Shown here: one piece after another, positions 27,056 to 34,798 of the stretch
Layout of the letters: every line of letters starts with the position of its first letter
Numbering within the stretch: the stretch's first letter is position 1
The notes under the pieces: model-generated
Databases searched by the model: none
What the model was told of the DNA's origin: nothing
Seen by the model: the letters and a program-made list of their open reading frames with translations, nothing else
From: Magnetococcales bacterium
Lineage (GTDB): Bacteria > Pseudomonadota > Magnetococcia > Magnetococcales > DC0425bin3
DNA length: 64,000 nucleotides
Direction: 5' to 3'
NCBI GenBank assembly: GCA_015231175.1
Contig: JADGBZ010000001.1
Coordinates: forward strand, 18,407-82,406
Made by a program: the position numbers and the translations under genes

Positions 27056-28036
27056 ATGCGGGTGCTGCTTGCAGAACCACGTGGATTTTGCGCTGGCGTT
27101 GATCGCGCCATTGCGATCGTACAACGGGCGTTGGAAAAATTTGGTCCCCCCATCCACGTTCGCCACGAAATCGTCCACAATCGTTGGGTGGTCGAGAGCC
27201 TGCGCCGCAAAGGTGCGATTTTTGTCCAGGAGTTGGATGAAATTCCCGATGGAAGCACCGTTATTTATTCGGCGCATGGAGTCGCCAAAAAAGTGCAGGA
27301 AGAAGGGGCGCGACGCCGTCTACAGGTGCTCGACGCCACCTGCCCGCTGGTGGCCAAGGTCCATCGGGAGGCGGAACGGTTGGAACAGAATGGGCACATG
27401 GTGGTCCTGATTGGCCATCCGGGACACCCGGAGGTGGAAGGGACCATGGGGCAGTTGCCCCCGGGCAAAATGCATCTGGTGTCCCGCACCGTGGATGTCG
27501 CCAACCTGCCGGATGCCCAGGAATCGGCTGTGGGATATATCACCCAGACAACCCTTTCCGTTGATGAAACCCGGGACATGGTGGCCCGTTTGAAGGAACG
27601 CTTTCCGGACATCCACGAGCCGGCCCGGGAGGATATTTGTTATGCCACCCAGAATCGCCAGAATGCCGTCAAGGCCCTGGCTGAGCAGTGTGATCGGATA
27701 TTGGTTCTGGGCGCCCCCAACAGCAGCAACTCCAACCGTCTGCGCGAGGTGGCCGAACGGGCTGGTGTACAGGCCCATCTCATCGAATCGGCCCGGGATA
27801 TCCAGGATGCATGGCTGTATGGGGTCAAAGTTCTGGGCATTACGGCAGGCGCCTCCGCCCCGGAGGTTTTGGTTGATGAAGTGCTGAACACGCTGGACAA
27901 GCGGATCGAGAGTGTGGAGGTGATCTCTGTCGAAAAGGAGAATCTCTCCTTTGCTTTGCCCAGAATCCTTCAGGACGGGCAGTCCGCCCACGACGTGCAA
28001 ACATCGGATTTTACGGTTCACACAACCAATGGATAG
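27056..28036 (+). CDS. ispH: 4-hydroxy-3-methylbut-2-enyl diphosphate reductase (IspH/LytB)
   Basis: MRVLLAEPRGFCAGVDRAIAIV..., HEIVHN, DATCPLV..VH, GHPGHPEVEGT, and the SSNSNRL motifs. Confidence 0.93.
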   Translation: MRVLLAEPRGFCAGVDRAIAIVQRALEKFGPPIHVRHEIVHNRWVVESLRRKGAIFVQELDEIPDGSTVIYSAHGVAKKVQEEGARRRLQVLDATCPLVAKVHREAERLEQNGHMVVLIGHPGHPEVEGTMGQLPPGKMHLVSRTVDVANLPDAQESAVGYITQTTLSVDETRDMVARLKERFPDIHEPAREDICYATQNRQNAVKALAEQCDRILVLGAPNSSNSNRLREVAERAGVQAHLIESARDIQDAWLYGVKVLGITAGASAPEVLVDEVLNTLDKRIESVEVISVEKENLSFALPRILQDGQSAHDVQTSDFTVHTTNG

Positions 28037-28039
28037 ACC

Positions 28040-28909
28040 ATGGACACATTGACGCAACAGCCTTCCCATCAAGACCTCCCGCGCACAGTGTTGGCGACGG
28101 GATGTTCCTCGGGCATTGGCAGGGCCGTCGCGCTTGGATTGAAACAACGGGGACACCGGGTGTTTGCCACGGTGCGCAATCCCCAGGATGTGGACGCACT
28201 CGAAGCCGAACACATCGAGGCCCACCCCCTTGATCTGCGCAATCCCGACTCCATGCAGACCACCCTGGAGTGGCTTTTGACGCGCACAGGGGGAACCCTG
28301 GACGCCCTCTTCAACAATGGCGCTTATGCTCAAATCGGCGCCGTAGAAGATCTGACCCTGGAGGCGATGCGGGAACAATTCGAGACCAACCTGTTCGGCA
28401 CCCATGAATTGACGCGGCGGGTCATTCCCATCATGCGTCGGCAGGGGTTCGGTCGCATCATCCAAAACAGCTCGATATTGGGGCTGGTGGCCTTGCCGTA
28501 TCGCGGCGCCTACGTGGCAAGTAAATTTGCCCTGGAAGGGTTGACGCATACTCTGCGCCTGGAGTTGCAGGGTACGGGAATCCACGTCGCCCTGATCCAA
28601 CCCGGGCCCATCCTCAGCCGGATCCGGCAAAATTCGTTGCCCCATTTTGCACGCCACATCGATGTGGCTTCCTCGCCGCATCGCGAGGTCTACGAGGGCA
28701 TCGCCGAACGCCTGCGTGTTGAAGGGGCTGTCTCCTTCTTTACCCAATCTCCAGCAGCCGTATTGAAACATGTGGCGCATGCCCTGGAGAGTCCCCGTCC
28801 CAAGGCCTGCTACCCAGTCACCCTGCCCACCCGTCTCTTCGGTTTTTTGCTCCGGATTCTCCCCCGCCAGACTTTGGATCGGATTTTGCTCAAGGCCAAT
28901 CGTCACTGA
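28040..28909 (+). CDS. Short-chain dehydrogenase/reductase (SDR) family oxidoreductase
   Basis: ATGCSSGIGRAVA (TGxxxGIG), NNGAY, and catalytic YVASKFALEG. Confidence 0.85.
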   Translation: MDTLTQQPSHQDLPRTVLATGCSSGIGRAVALGLKQRGHRVFATVRNPQDVDALEAEHIEAHPLDLRNPDSMQTTLEWLLTRTGGTLDALFNNGAYAQIGAVEDLTLEAMREQFETNLFGTHELTRRVIPIMRRQGFGRIIQNSSILGLVALPYRGAYVASKFALEGLTHTLRLELQGTGIHVALIQPGPILSRIRQNSLPHFARHIDVASSPHREVYEGIAERLRVEGAVSFFTQSPAAVLKHVAHALESPRPKACYPVTLPTRLFGFLLRILPRQTLDRILLKANRH

Positions 28910-28974
28910 CCCAGGACACTCTGCCCGGTCCGGTTGCCGGGGCGGCGAGGTGTCCGCAGCGGAGCCAAGCCACC

Positions 28975-29403
28975 ATGACGCAGAACAACGATCTTCTCGA
29001 CAGTGAACACGATGATCTGCTTGACAATGACATGGAGCGTCTCCGACTGCTCCTGCGTCAATTTGCCCGGGAGCGGGAGTGGGATCCATTTCATACGCCC
29101 AAAAATCTCGCCATGTCTCTGGGCATTGAGAGTGCAGAGGTGATGGAGTTGTTTCAATGGCTGACCCCCGAAGAGAGCCAATCCCTTTCTGCCGTCAAAC
29201 AAGCCGCCTTGGCCGATGAAATCGGTGATGTCCTGATTTATCTGGTCATGCTGGCCGATAAATTTCATTTGGATCCACTGGCTGCGGCCCTGGCCAAAGT
29301 CGAAAAAAACCATGCCAAATATCCCGCCGCCAAAGTCAGGGGCCAGGCCCGCAAATACAGCGAATACGGCAATGGTCACGACAATGACGGCAACCGCGCC
29401 TGA
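28975..29403 (+). CDS. MazG-like nucleoside triphosphate pyrophosphohydrolase domain protein
   Basis: FAREREWDPFHTPKNLAMSLGIESAEVMELFQW...ADEIGDVLIYLVMLADKFHLD...KNHAKYP, a typical all-alpha NTP-PPase (dCTPase/MazG) pattern. Confidence 0.75.
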   Translation: MTQNNDLLDSEHDDLLDNDMERLRLLLRQFAREREWDPFHTPKNLAMSLGIESAEVMELFQWLTPEESQSLSAVKQAALADEIGDVLIYLVMLADKFHLDPLAAALAKVEKNHAKYPAAKVRGQARKYSEYGNGHDNDGNRA

Positions 29404-30210
29404 CGAAGAACGTGCACGGGCCAGATTGGAGCGTGAGATCCAGGAGTCCCAACGTCTCTCCCAGGAAGCCCGGCGTCTCTCCCAGGAGGCGGAGGCCCGC
29501 CTGGAGCGTGATCTCCAAGATACCTGGCGAATCCTGCGCGAGAACAGTGCCGAAACGGACCGAAGATTTCAGGAAACCGATAGAAAATTCGTAACTATTC
29601 ATCACCCGCCAACGAATCGGGGTCCAGGGGGCTGGCTCCCTGGCAGGTCCAGGACGGAGTCCTGGTGGGGTTCGGGGCGAAGCCCTGACAAAGGCTTTCA
29701 TGTCCAGGCTGTTTTTGAAAGGGTACTGAATAGTTACGAAAATTCCAGGAAACCAATCTGAAAATCAAAGAAGTTTCCACACAGATCGGCAGGTTGGGTG
29801 GTCGCTGGGGGGAGTTTGTCGAGAGTTTGGTTGCCCCTGCCTGCGAGACCCTGTTTGCGGAACGGGGCATTCCCATCCACAAGGTCAGCCCCCGGATCAA
29901 GGCCCGACTCCCCCCCAACAGGCAAATGGAAATTGATCTCCTGGTGGTGAATACCGACACGGTGGCCGTGGTGGAAGTCAAAAGCAAACTGTCGGTGGAG
30001 GATGTACGGGAACACCTCTCCCGCCTGGCCGAATTCAAGGAATTTTTCCCTGAATACCCCGAGCGACGTGTGCTGGGGGCGGTCGCCGGAACCGTCATCG
30101 AAGAGAATATATGCCGGTATGCCATAAGCGCCGGTCTGTTCGTTATCGTCCACGCCGGTGACACGGTACGTCTGGCCAACGATACAGCGTTTGTGCCCCG
30201 GGTTTGGTGA
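29372..30210 (+). pseudogene. Coiled-coil + PD-(D/E)xK-like protein gene split by a MITE (paralog of 52213..53094)
   Basis: The track shows two pieces (29312..29761 and 29794..30210). Piece 1 ends ...ETDRKF, then reads into the MITE. Piece 2 (GGRWGEFVESLVAPACETLFAERGIPIH...) closely resembles the C-terminal half of the 293-aa paralog. Removing 29591-29745 rejoins ...TDRKF|QETNLKIKEVSTQIGRLGGRWGEF in frame, paralleling ...RKFQETDRQFKETDQKIKEVSTLVGRLGGRWGEF in the paralog. Confidence 0.85.
29591..29737 (-). mobile_element. MITE family A, copy 2 (147 bp, intact)
   Basis: Perfect 11-bp TIR GTAACTATTCA...TGAATAGTTAC. The 8-bp direct repeat GAAAATTC occurs on both sides (29583-29590 and 29738-29745). 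Confidence 0.92.
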
Positions 30211-30336
30211 GAGCGGAGCCGGGTACCGAGTGGCCGCAAAATTTTTTCACGTACCTTCTGGACAAAGGACCAACCAAACACTATCATTCCCGGAGTTGGT
30301 GTGCCGATGCCCGGTGTGGGGTTTCGCGGTGTGCCT

Positions 30337-30423
30337 GCCCAGATGGCGGAATTGGTAGACGCGCTAGATTCAGGGTCTAGTGATCGCAAGGTCGTGGAAG
30401 TTCGAGTCTTCTTCTGGGCACCA
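30337..30423 (+). tRNA. tRNA-Leu (anticodon CAG)
   Basis: GCCCAGATGGCGGAATTGGTAGACGCGCTAGATTCAGGGTCTAGTGATCGCAAGGTCGTGGAAGTTCGAGTCTTCTTCTGGGCACCA. 7-bp acceptor stem, anticodon arm CTAGA-TTCAGGG-TCTAG, long variable arm, GTTCGAGTC T-loop, encoded CCA. Confidence 0.93.
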
Positions 30424-30438
30424 AATTGAGAGTCAAAA

Positions 30439-30468
30439 GGCCGAACCATCTGGTTTGGCCTTTTTTTT
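30439..30468 (+). terminator. Rho-independent terminator after tRNA-Leu
   Basis: GGCCGAACCA-tc-TGGTTTGGCC (10-bp stem, one G-T pair) followed by T8. Confidence 0.8.
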
Positions 30469-30477
30469 GTCTCTCCT

Positions 30478-30557
30478 TTGCGCTTGGATATCACCCGGCG
30501 GGGACATTTTTCAGCCATTGCGCTTGGATATCACCCGGCGGGGGCATTTCCCAGCCA
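30478..30557. repeat. 2 x 40-bp tandem direct repeat spanning the cobS 3' end
   Basis: TTGCGCTTGGATATCACCCGGCGGGGACATTTTTCAGCCA (30478-30517) and TTGCGCTTGGATATCACCCGGCGGGGGCATTTCCCAGCCA (30518-30557). The second copy contains the cobS stop codon and last codons. Confidence 0.9.
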
Positions 30558-31301
30558 TGCCAGAAGCACCAGCAAAGCGGTCTCGGTGATTTCACACATG
30601 GCCCCAGCCATGTCGCCTGTGAACCCCTGGACGCGCCGCACATAGATCCCGCGAAGAAGCAGGAATATGAAACCGGCTGTCCCCAGGATCAGCCACCCCA
30701 CGGGAAAAGGGTGGAGCAAACCGATGGAGACCGCAATCAGGCCCAGAATCAGGATCGCCACTTTGCGTGGAAGATTTTGCACCGCCTCTGCGGCCATGCC
30801 CTGTGGGTTGGCGTAGGGTGTCGTCAAAAAGAGAACCACGAGCACACCTCGCCCAACAACGGGAATGGTTGCCAGACTCCACCAAGCCTGCCCGAGAGGC
30901 AGCAGATCCATCAAGGCGGCAAACTTCAAAAGGAGAAGCAGCGCGACAGCCGTCACAGCCGCTGGGCCACTGCGGGGGTCTTTCATGATTTCCAAAGTGC
31001 GTTGCCGGTCACCCAGACCACCGATGGCGGCATCGGTCCAATCCGCAAGACCATCCAGGTGCAAGGCACCGGTCCATGCGACCCAGCTCATGAGTACCAG
31101 TGCGGCGTGCAGTGCATCGCCGGCTGATTGGGTCAACCAGGCCACGCCAGCAACCCCCAACCCTACCAGCAACCCTACCAAGGGATAGAACAGAACCGAA
31201 CGCCCAAAATCCACACCGGACACCGGCTGCGGCACAGCACGAACCGGCAGACGGGTCAGCAGCCCCAACGCCAAACGCCAGGCACGTCCAACAGGTGTCA
31301 C
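30531..31301 (-). CDS. cobS: Adenosylcobinamide-GDP ribazoletransferase (cobalamin synthase CobS)
   Basis: Polytopic 256-aa protein with N-terminus AWRLALGLLTRLPV and ...GLGDRQRTLEIMKDPRSG... and FTGDMAGA motifs. Lies in a cobU-T-C-S cluster. Confidence 0.88.
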   Translation of the reverse strand: MTPVGRAWRLALGLLTRLPVRAVPQPVSGVDFGRSVLFYPLVGLLVGLGVAGVAWLTQSAGDALHAALVLMSWVAWTGALHLDGLADWTDAAIGGLGDRQRTLEIMKDPRSGPAAVTAVALLLLLKFAALMDLLPLGQAWWSLATIPVVGRGVLVVLFLTTPYANPQGMAAEAVQNLPRKVAILILGLIAVSIGLLHPFPVGWLILGTAGFIFLLLRGIYVRRVQGFTGDMAGAMCEITETALLVLLAWLGNAPAG

Positions 31302-31319
31302 GACAGCACAACCGTTTGC

Positions 31320-31940
31320 TCAGAACGTGGCGCTGTGAGAGACAAGTCGTGGCAAAGGCTGCCCTGCCACACGGTCAGCCACGATGCGCGTGATACAAGC
31401 ATAGGGCACCACCAAACGGGACACATGTTCCATGGGCATCACCAGGACCACCCCCAGTATGACACGGATCACCCCGCCATGTGCCACAACAAGGACGTGC
31501 CGGTGTCCAGTCACTCCGACCAGGTCATTCCACGCATCTTCGACCCGAAAACGAAACTGAGAGAGATGCTCTCCCTCCGGAGGCGGGTAGTTGAGGGGAT
31601 CCCGCCAAAAGTTGGCTAGGTGTTCGGCCTCTGTGGCCATGATCTGCGCGGAAGTCCGTCCTTCCCAGAGTCCAAAAGACATCTCCCGAAACCGCTCTTC
31701 AACCTGGACATCAATCCCCAAATCAAGGGCAATTTCGTAAGCGAACTCCCGGCAACGGCGCAGCGGTGAGGTCACGATGCGCGTCCAGGGTGGATGCCCG
31801 ATGATGGCCTGCCGCATCTGTTGCCACCCGGTCTCGCTCAAAGGGTCATCCAGGGAGCCTCGATAACGTTCGCCCCCCGCCGGCTCACCGTGCCGCAACA
31901 GATCGATGCGGGTGGCCGCAGGATCCCCCGGACTATTCAT
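31320..31940 (-). CDS. cobC: Alpha-ribazole phosphatase (histidine phosphatase family, CobC)
   Basis: RIDLLRHGEP (RHG catalytic motif) and ...VVAHGGVIR. Start trimmed to ATG 31940 (MNSPGD...), overlapping the cobT stop by 8 nt. Confidence 0.8.
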   Translation of the reverse strand: MNSPGDPAATRIDLLRHGEPAGGERYRGSLDDPLSETGWQQMRQAIIGHPPWTRIVTSPLRRCREFAYEIALDLGIDVQVEERFREMSFGLWEGRTSAQIMATEAEHLANFWRDPLNYPPPEGEHLSQFRFRVEDAWNDLVGVTGHRHVLVVAHGGVIRVILGVVLVMPMEHVSRLVVPYACITRIVADRVAGQPLPRLVSHSATF

Positions 31941-32997
31941 GCGAAGCCGACTCCCGGCTGACGGCGGCTTCTGCAAAGGTGGCCATATCCTGTTGCAGAG
32001 CGCAAGCCAAGCGGAGAATTGCAAAAGCCGTGGCAGCCCCGGATCCCTCGCCGAGACGCATCTGCAAATCAAGCACAGGATGTTTGGCAATGGCACGCAG
32101 GATGGGAAGTTGTCCGGGTTCGGAAGAGCGGTGGGTGAAGATCATCCAATCCTTCATGGCCGGGTGCAGTGTAATGACCACCAAGGCGGCAGCCGTACAG
32201 ATGACGCCATCGACAAGGATGGGCAGACCCTTTTGGGCGCAATGAATGTAGGCCCCACACAAGGCAGCGATTTCAAAACCGCCCAGGCAGCGCAAAATTT
32301 CCAGAGGAGAGGTCAAATACATCTCATTTTGTGTCCAGGCCTCCTGGATGATGGCCGCCTTGCGAGCCATGCCAGCCTCGTCAACACCCGTTCCTGGGCC
32401 AGCGACTGACTCGGGAGGCATACCCAACAAGGCAACCGTGATGGCGGCGGAAGCTGTCGTGTTGCCGATGCCCATCTCTCCGCCGATGAACAGTCGGCTC
32501 CCGGCTTCCAAGGCGCGTTTGACGGCAGCACGTCCCGCATCCAGGGCGCCGTACAATTGGTTGGGAGTCATGGCAGGTTCATAACGGAAGTCGGCGGTAC
32601 CCTCACCGACCCGATGGCTGATCACCCAGGGAAGAGGCCCTGGATCCGTAACCGCCCCCACATCCACCACTTCGAAAGGAATGCCCTGCTGCCGGGCAAG
32701 TACGGTGATGGCCGCGCCCCCACGGGAAAAGTTGCGGATCATCTCCACCGTGACAGCCTGCGGATAGGCTGACACCCCTGCCCTGGCCACGCCGTGATCC
32801 GCAGCAAAGACCGTGATCCAACCCGGGTCGACCACAGGAATGGGGGTGCCCTGCATGGCAGCCAGGTGAGCCACCAACTCCTCCATCACTCCCAGTGAGC
32901 CTTTGGGCTTGGTAAGCTGATTCAGCCTCTGAACGGCCTGCTGACGCGCAGATTCCACAAGGGGTTGGGCAGGAGACAGCCACCAGGATTGGGTCAC
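31933..32997 (-). CDS. cobT: Nicotinate-nucleotide--dimethylbenzimidazole phosphoribosyltransferase CobT
   Basis: LTKPKGSLGVMEEL, FAADHGV, GEMGIGNTTASAAI, and LGEGSGAA motifs. GTG 32997 overlaps the cobU TGA (GTGA). The track start at 33057 would overlap cobU by 64 nt. Confidence 0.9.
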   Translation of the reverse strand: MTQSWWLSPAQPLVESARQQAVQRLNQLTKPKGSLGVMEELVAHLAAMQGTPIPVVDPGWITVFAADHGVARAGVSAYPQAVTVEMIRNFSRGGAAITVLARQQGIPFEVVDVGAVTDPGPLPWVISHRVGEGTADFRYEPAMTPNQLYGALDAGRAAVKRALEAGSRLFIGGEMGIGNTTASAAITVALLGMPPESVAGPGTGVDEAGMARKAAIIQEAWTQNEMYLTSPLEILRCLGGFEIAALCGAYIHCAQKGLPILVDGVICTAAALVVITLHPAMKDWMIFTHRSSEPGQLPILRAIAKHPVLDLQMRLGEGSGAATAFAILRLACALQQDMATFAEAAVSRESASHE

Positions 32998-33515
32998 GGC
33001 TCGGTACCTTTCAAAAATATGGGAAGACCCGCCACGAGGAAGGTGACCCGGTGACACAGACGTGCCAGTTCCTGGTGCAACAACCCCGCTTCATCGGCAA
33101 ACCTTCGCGTCAACCGTCCCATGGGCACGATACCCAGGCCGGTTTCGTTACTGACCATGACAATCCTGCCGGGAAGTTTTGGCACGATTGTCAACAACGC
33201 CTCCCGCTCCCGATTCCAGGGAAGCGGATTGTCGTCCTCCAGAACATGGCTCAACCACAAGGTCAGACAATCCACCAACAAAAACCGATCTGGTGCGGCA
33301 AGACGGGCCAAGTGGGTAGCGAGATCGCGGGGCGCTTCGGCCAAACCCCACTCGACTGGCCGCCGCAGTTGGTGTTGGGCGATGCGATCAGCCATCTCGG
33401 CATCACCGGCCACCGCCGTGGCCACATAAGTGACGGCCAAGCCACTCCCCATAGCCAAGCTTTCGGCATGGCGGCTCTTTCCGGAACGCGATCCACCCAG
33501 GACAAGTTCGATCAT
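32994..33515 (-). CDS. cobU: Adenosylcobinamide kinase / adenosylcobinamide-phosphate guanylyltransferase CobU
   Basis: P-loop LVLGGSRSGKSRHAE and ...YVATA...DAEMADRIAQHQ.RR. ATG 33515 follows GGGGA. An alternative GTG lies at 33530. Confidence 0.88.
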   Translation of the reverse strand: MIELVLGGSRSGKSRHAESLAMGSGLAVTYVATAVAGDAEMADRIAQHQLRRPVEWGLAEAPRDLATHLARLAAPDRFLLVDCLTLWLSHVLEDDNPLPWNREREALLTIVPKLPGRIVMVSNETGLGIVPMGRLTRRFADEAGLLHQELARLCHRVTFLVAGLPIFLKGTEP

Positions 33516-33702
33516 GGAATTGATCCCCACGCAAGCAAAACCAAGAACATACTTGTCAAATCAATACGCTCCGCCGCAGACACCCACCCAAGATTCTCCC
33601 TGACCACAAACACACCCCATGCCAGGAACGGCGAGGCGCTGATGTTAACCTGTCAAACTGGCAAAATCCACCCCTGGGAGAGTTGGCCCCAAAAGATATG
33701 CC

Positions 33703-33984
33703 CTATTCATAAGTACACAAATATGCAGTATCCGTCATGACCTGAAGTTGAAATTTTTGTTGGGCGTCAACAACGAAAGATTGTCCCTGGTCAAAACGTG
33801 TCCAGGTGGTACTCCCTGGAAGTTTAACCACCAAAGTGCCACTGATCACCGTCATGGTCTCCTTTTGGCTGGTACCGAACTCGTACTCTCCCGGCGCCAT
33901 GACCCCTACGGTGGCCGGCAAGGTGCTGGTTTGGAAAGCAATGGATTTGACTTTGCCGGAAAAATACTCATTGACCTTGAACAT
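33703..33984 (-). CDS. ppnP: Pyrimidine/purine nucleoside phosphorylase PpnP (DUF1255/YaiE)
   Basis: 93 aa: [17 protein letters not shown]...[23 protein letters not shown], the characteristic cupin-like YaiE sequence. Confidence 0.85.
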   Translation of the reverse strand: MFKVNEYFSGKVKSIAFQTSTLPATVGVMAPGEYEFGTSQKETMTVISGTLVVKLPGSTTWTRFDQGQSFVVDAQQKFQLQVMTDTAYLCTYE

Positions 33985-34012
33985 GGATCACACCTCTTCC
34001 CAATAAAGATTA

Positions 34013-34798
34013 TCAAGTCAAATTATGAGAGGATTTGGCCACTCCGAATACACCACTTTGCCGACACGCTTTGCGCAGGGCGCCGAAGGTATCGAAAATG
34101 ATGTCAGGACGGAATTTTCTTTGATCGACAACGACACCGTGGTGCCTCTTTTGCAGGGCAAACATACCCATGTTCCTGGCTCCACCGATATCCTTGGCGG
34201 CATCGTCGCCAATCATCCAAACAAGCTCAGGCCCTACATTCAGCTTTTCCATGGCCAACCTGAATGGTTGCTCATGGGGTTTATCTGCACCGGCCTCCTC
34301 GGAGGTTACCACAAAATCGAACTGATCATCCAATCTGAAATAAATCAACTTGCGAAACTGGATTTGCGCTGTCAGGTCCGTCACGACCGCCGTGGCAATC
34401 CCGCTGTCGCGCAGGTCAAAGATAAACTCTCTGACTTCGGAAAAGAGTTTGCTGTTGGTAAGAAAAGTACGCCAATAGGTTTGATAGAGGTCCAGGGTGC
34501 TTTGTATTTGGGTTCTGACTCCCAAAATTTCGATCAGGCGTTGAAAATAGAGCAGACGACTATGGGAACTGGCGGTTCCACTGAGTTGGAACTTAACTTT
34601 GTCCCGGGCCAAGGCATAGCTGCGCAGAAACTCCTCGGAACTGATGCCCAACAGTTGAATGGCCTTGTCACATGTGGCTTTCAGGGCCTGCCGGTGGGCC
34701 GGCTCATAATCGTAGAGTGTATTATCGGTGTCAAAGATCACGGCGGTCGGCTTTTGTTTTAAGATATCCGGACTGACAATTTCGATCTCAGGCATCAT
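34013..34798 (-). CDS. HAD-superfamily hydrolase/phosphatase
   Basis: AVIFDTDNTLYDY (DxDxT motif I), VVTDLT (motif II region), and IGDDAAKDIGGARNMG (motif IV). ATG 34798 overlaps the upstream stop (ATGA). Confidence 0.85.
   Translation of the reverse strand: MMPEIEIVSPDILKQKPTAVIFDTDNTLYDYEPAHRQALKATCDKAIQLLGISSEEFLRSYALARDKVKFQLSGTASSHSRLLYFQRLIEILGVRTQIQSTLDLYQTYWRTFLTNSKLFSEVREFIFDLRDSGIATAVVTDLTAQIQFRKLIYFRLDDQFDFVVTSEEAGADKPHEQPFRLAMEKLNVGPELVWMIGDDAAKDIGGARNMGMFALQKRHHGVVVDQRKFRPDIIFDTFGALRKACRQSGVFGVAKSSHNLT

Noticed and set aside
27320-29089. 589-aa minus-strand ORF
   Set aside because: It lies antisense to ispH and the SDR gene, both of which have unambiguous motifs on the plus strand.
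29336-29701. Recurrent ATG-led mini-ORF inside the MITEs (MKAFVRASPRTPPG...), seen in track ORFs at 29336, 40449, 48497, 60007 and 63460
   Set aside because: Only the first ~12 codons are shared. Single-base indels between copies shift the downstream frame, and stop positions differ. There is no RBS. The conservation is at the DNA level, not the protein level.
30211-30560. tRNA-Leu-associated genomic island or att site
   Set aside because: There is no integrase, and no duplicated tRNA 3' end. The nearby direct repeat duplicates the cobS 3' end, not the tRNA.
33516-33702. Possible cobalamin riboswitch upstream of cobU
   Set aside because: On the minus strand I see AGGGAGAATC...GGGTGGGTG, but no B12 box (GCCACTG-like) and no CCCGCAACTGT-type core. 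This is too weak to call. A covariance-model scan (Rfam RF00174) would settle it.
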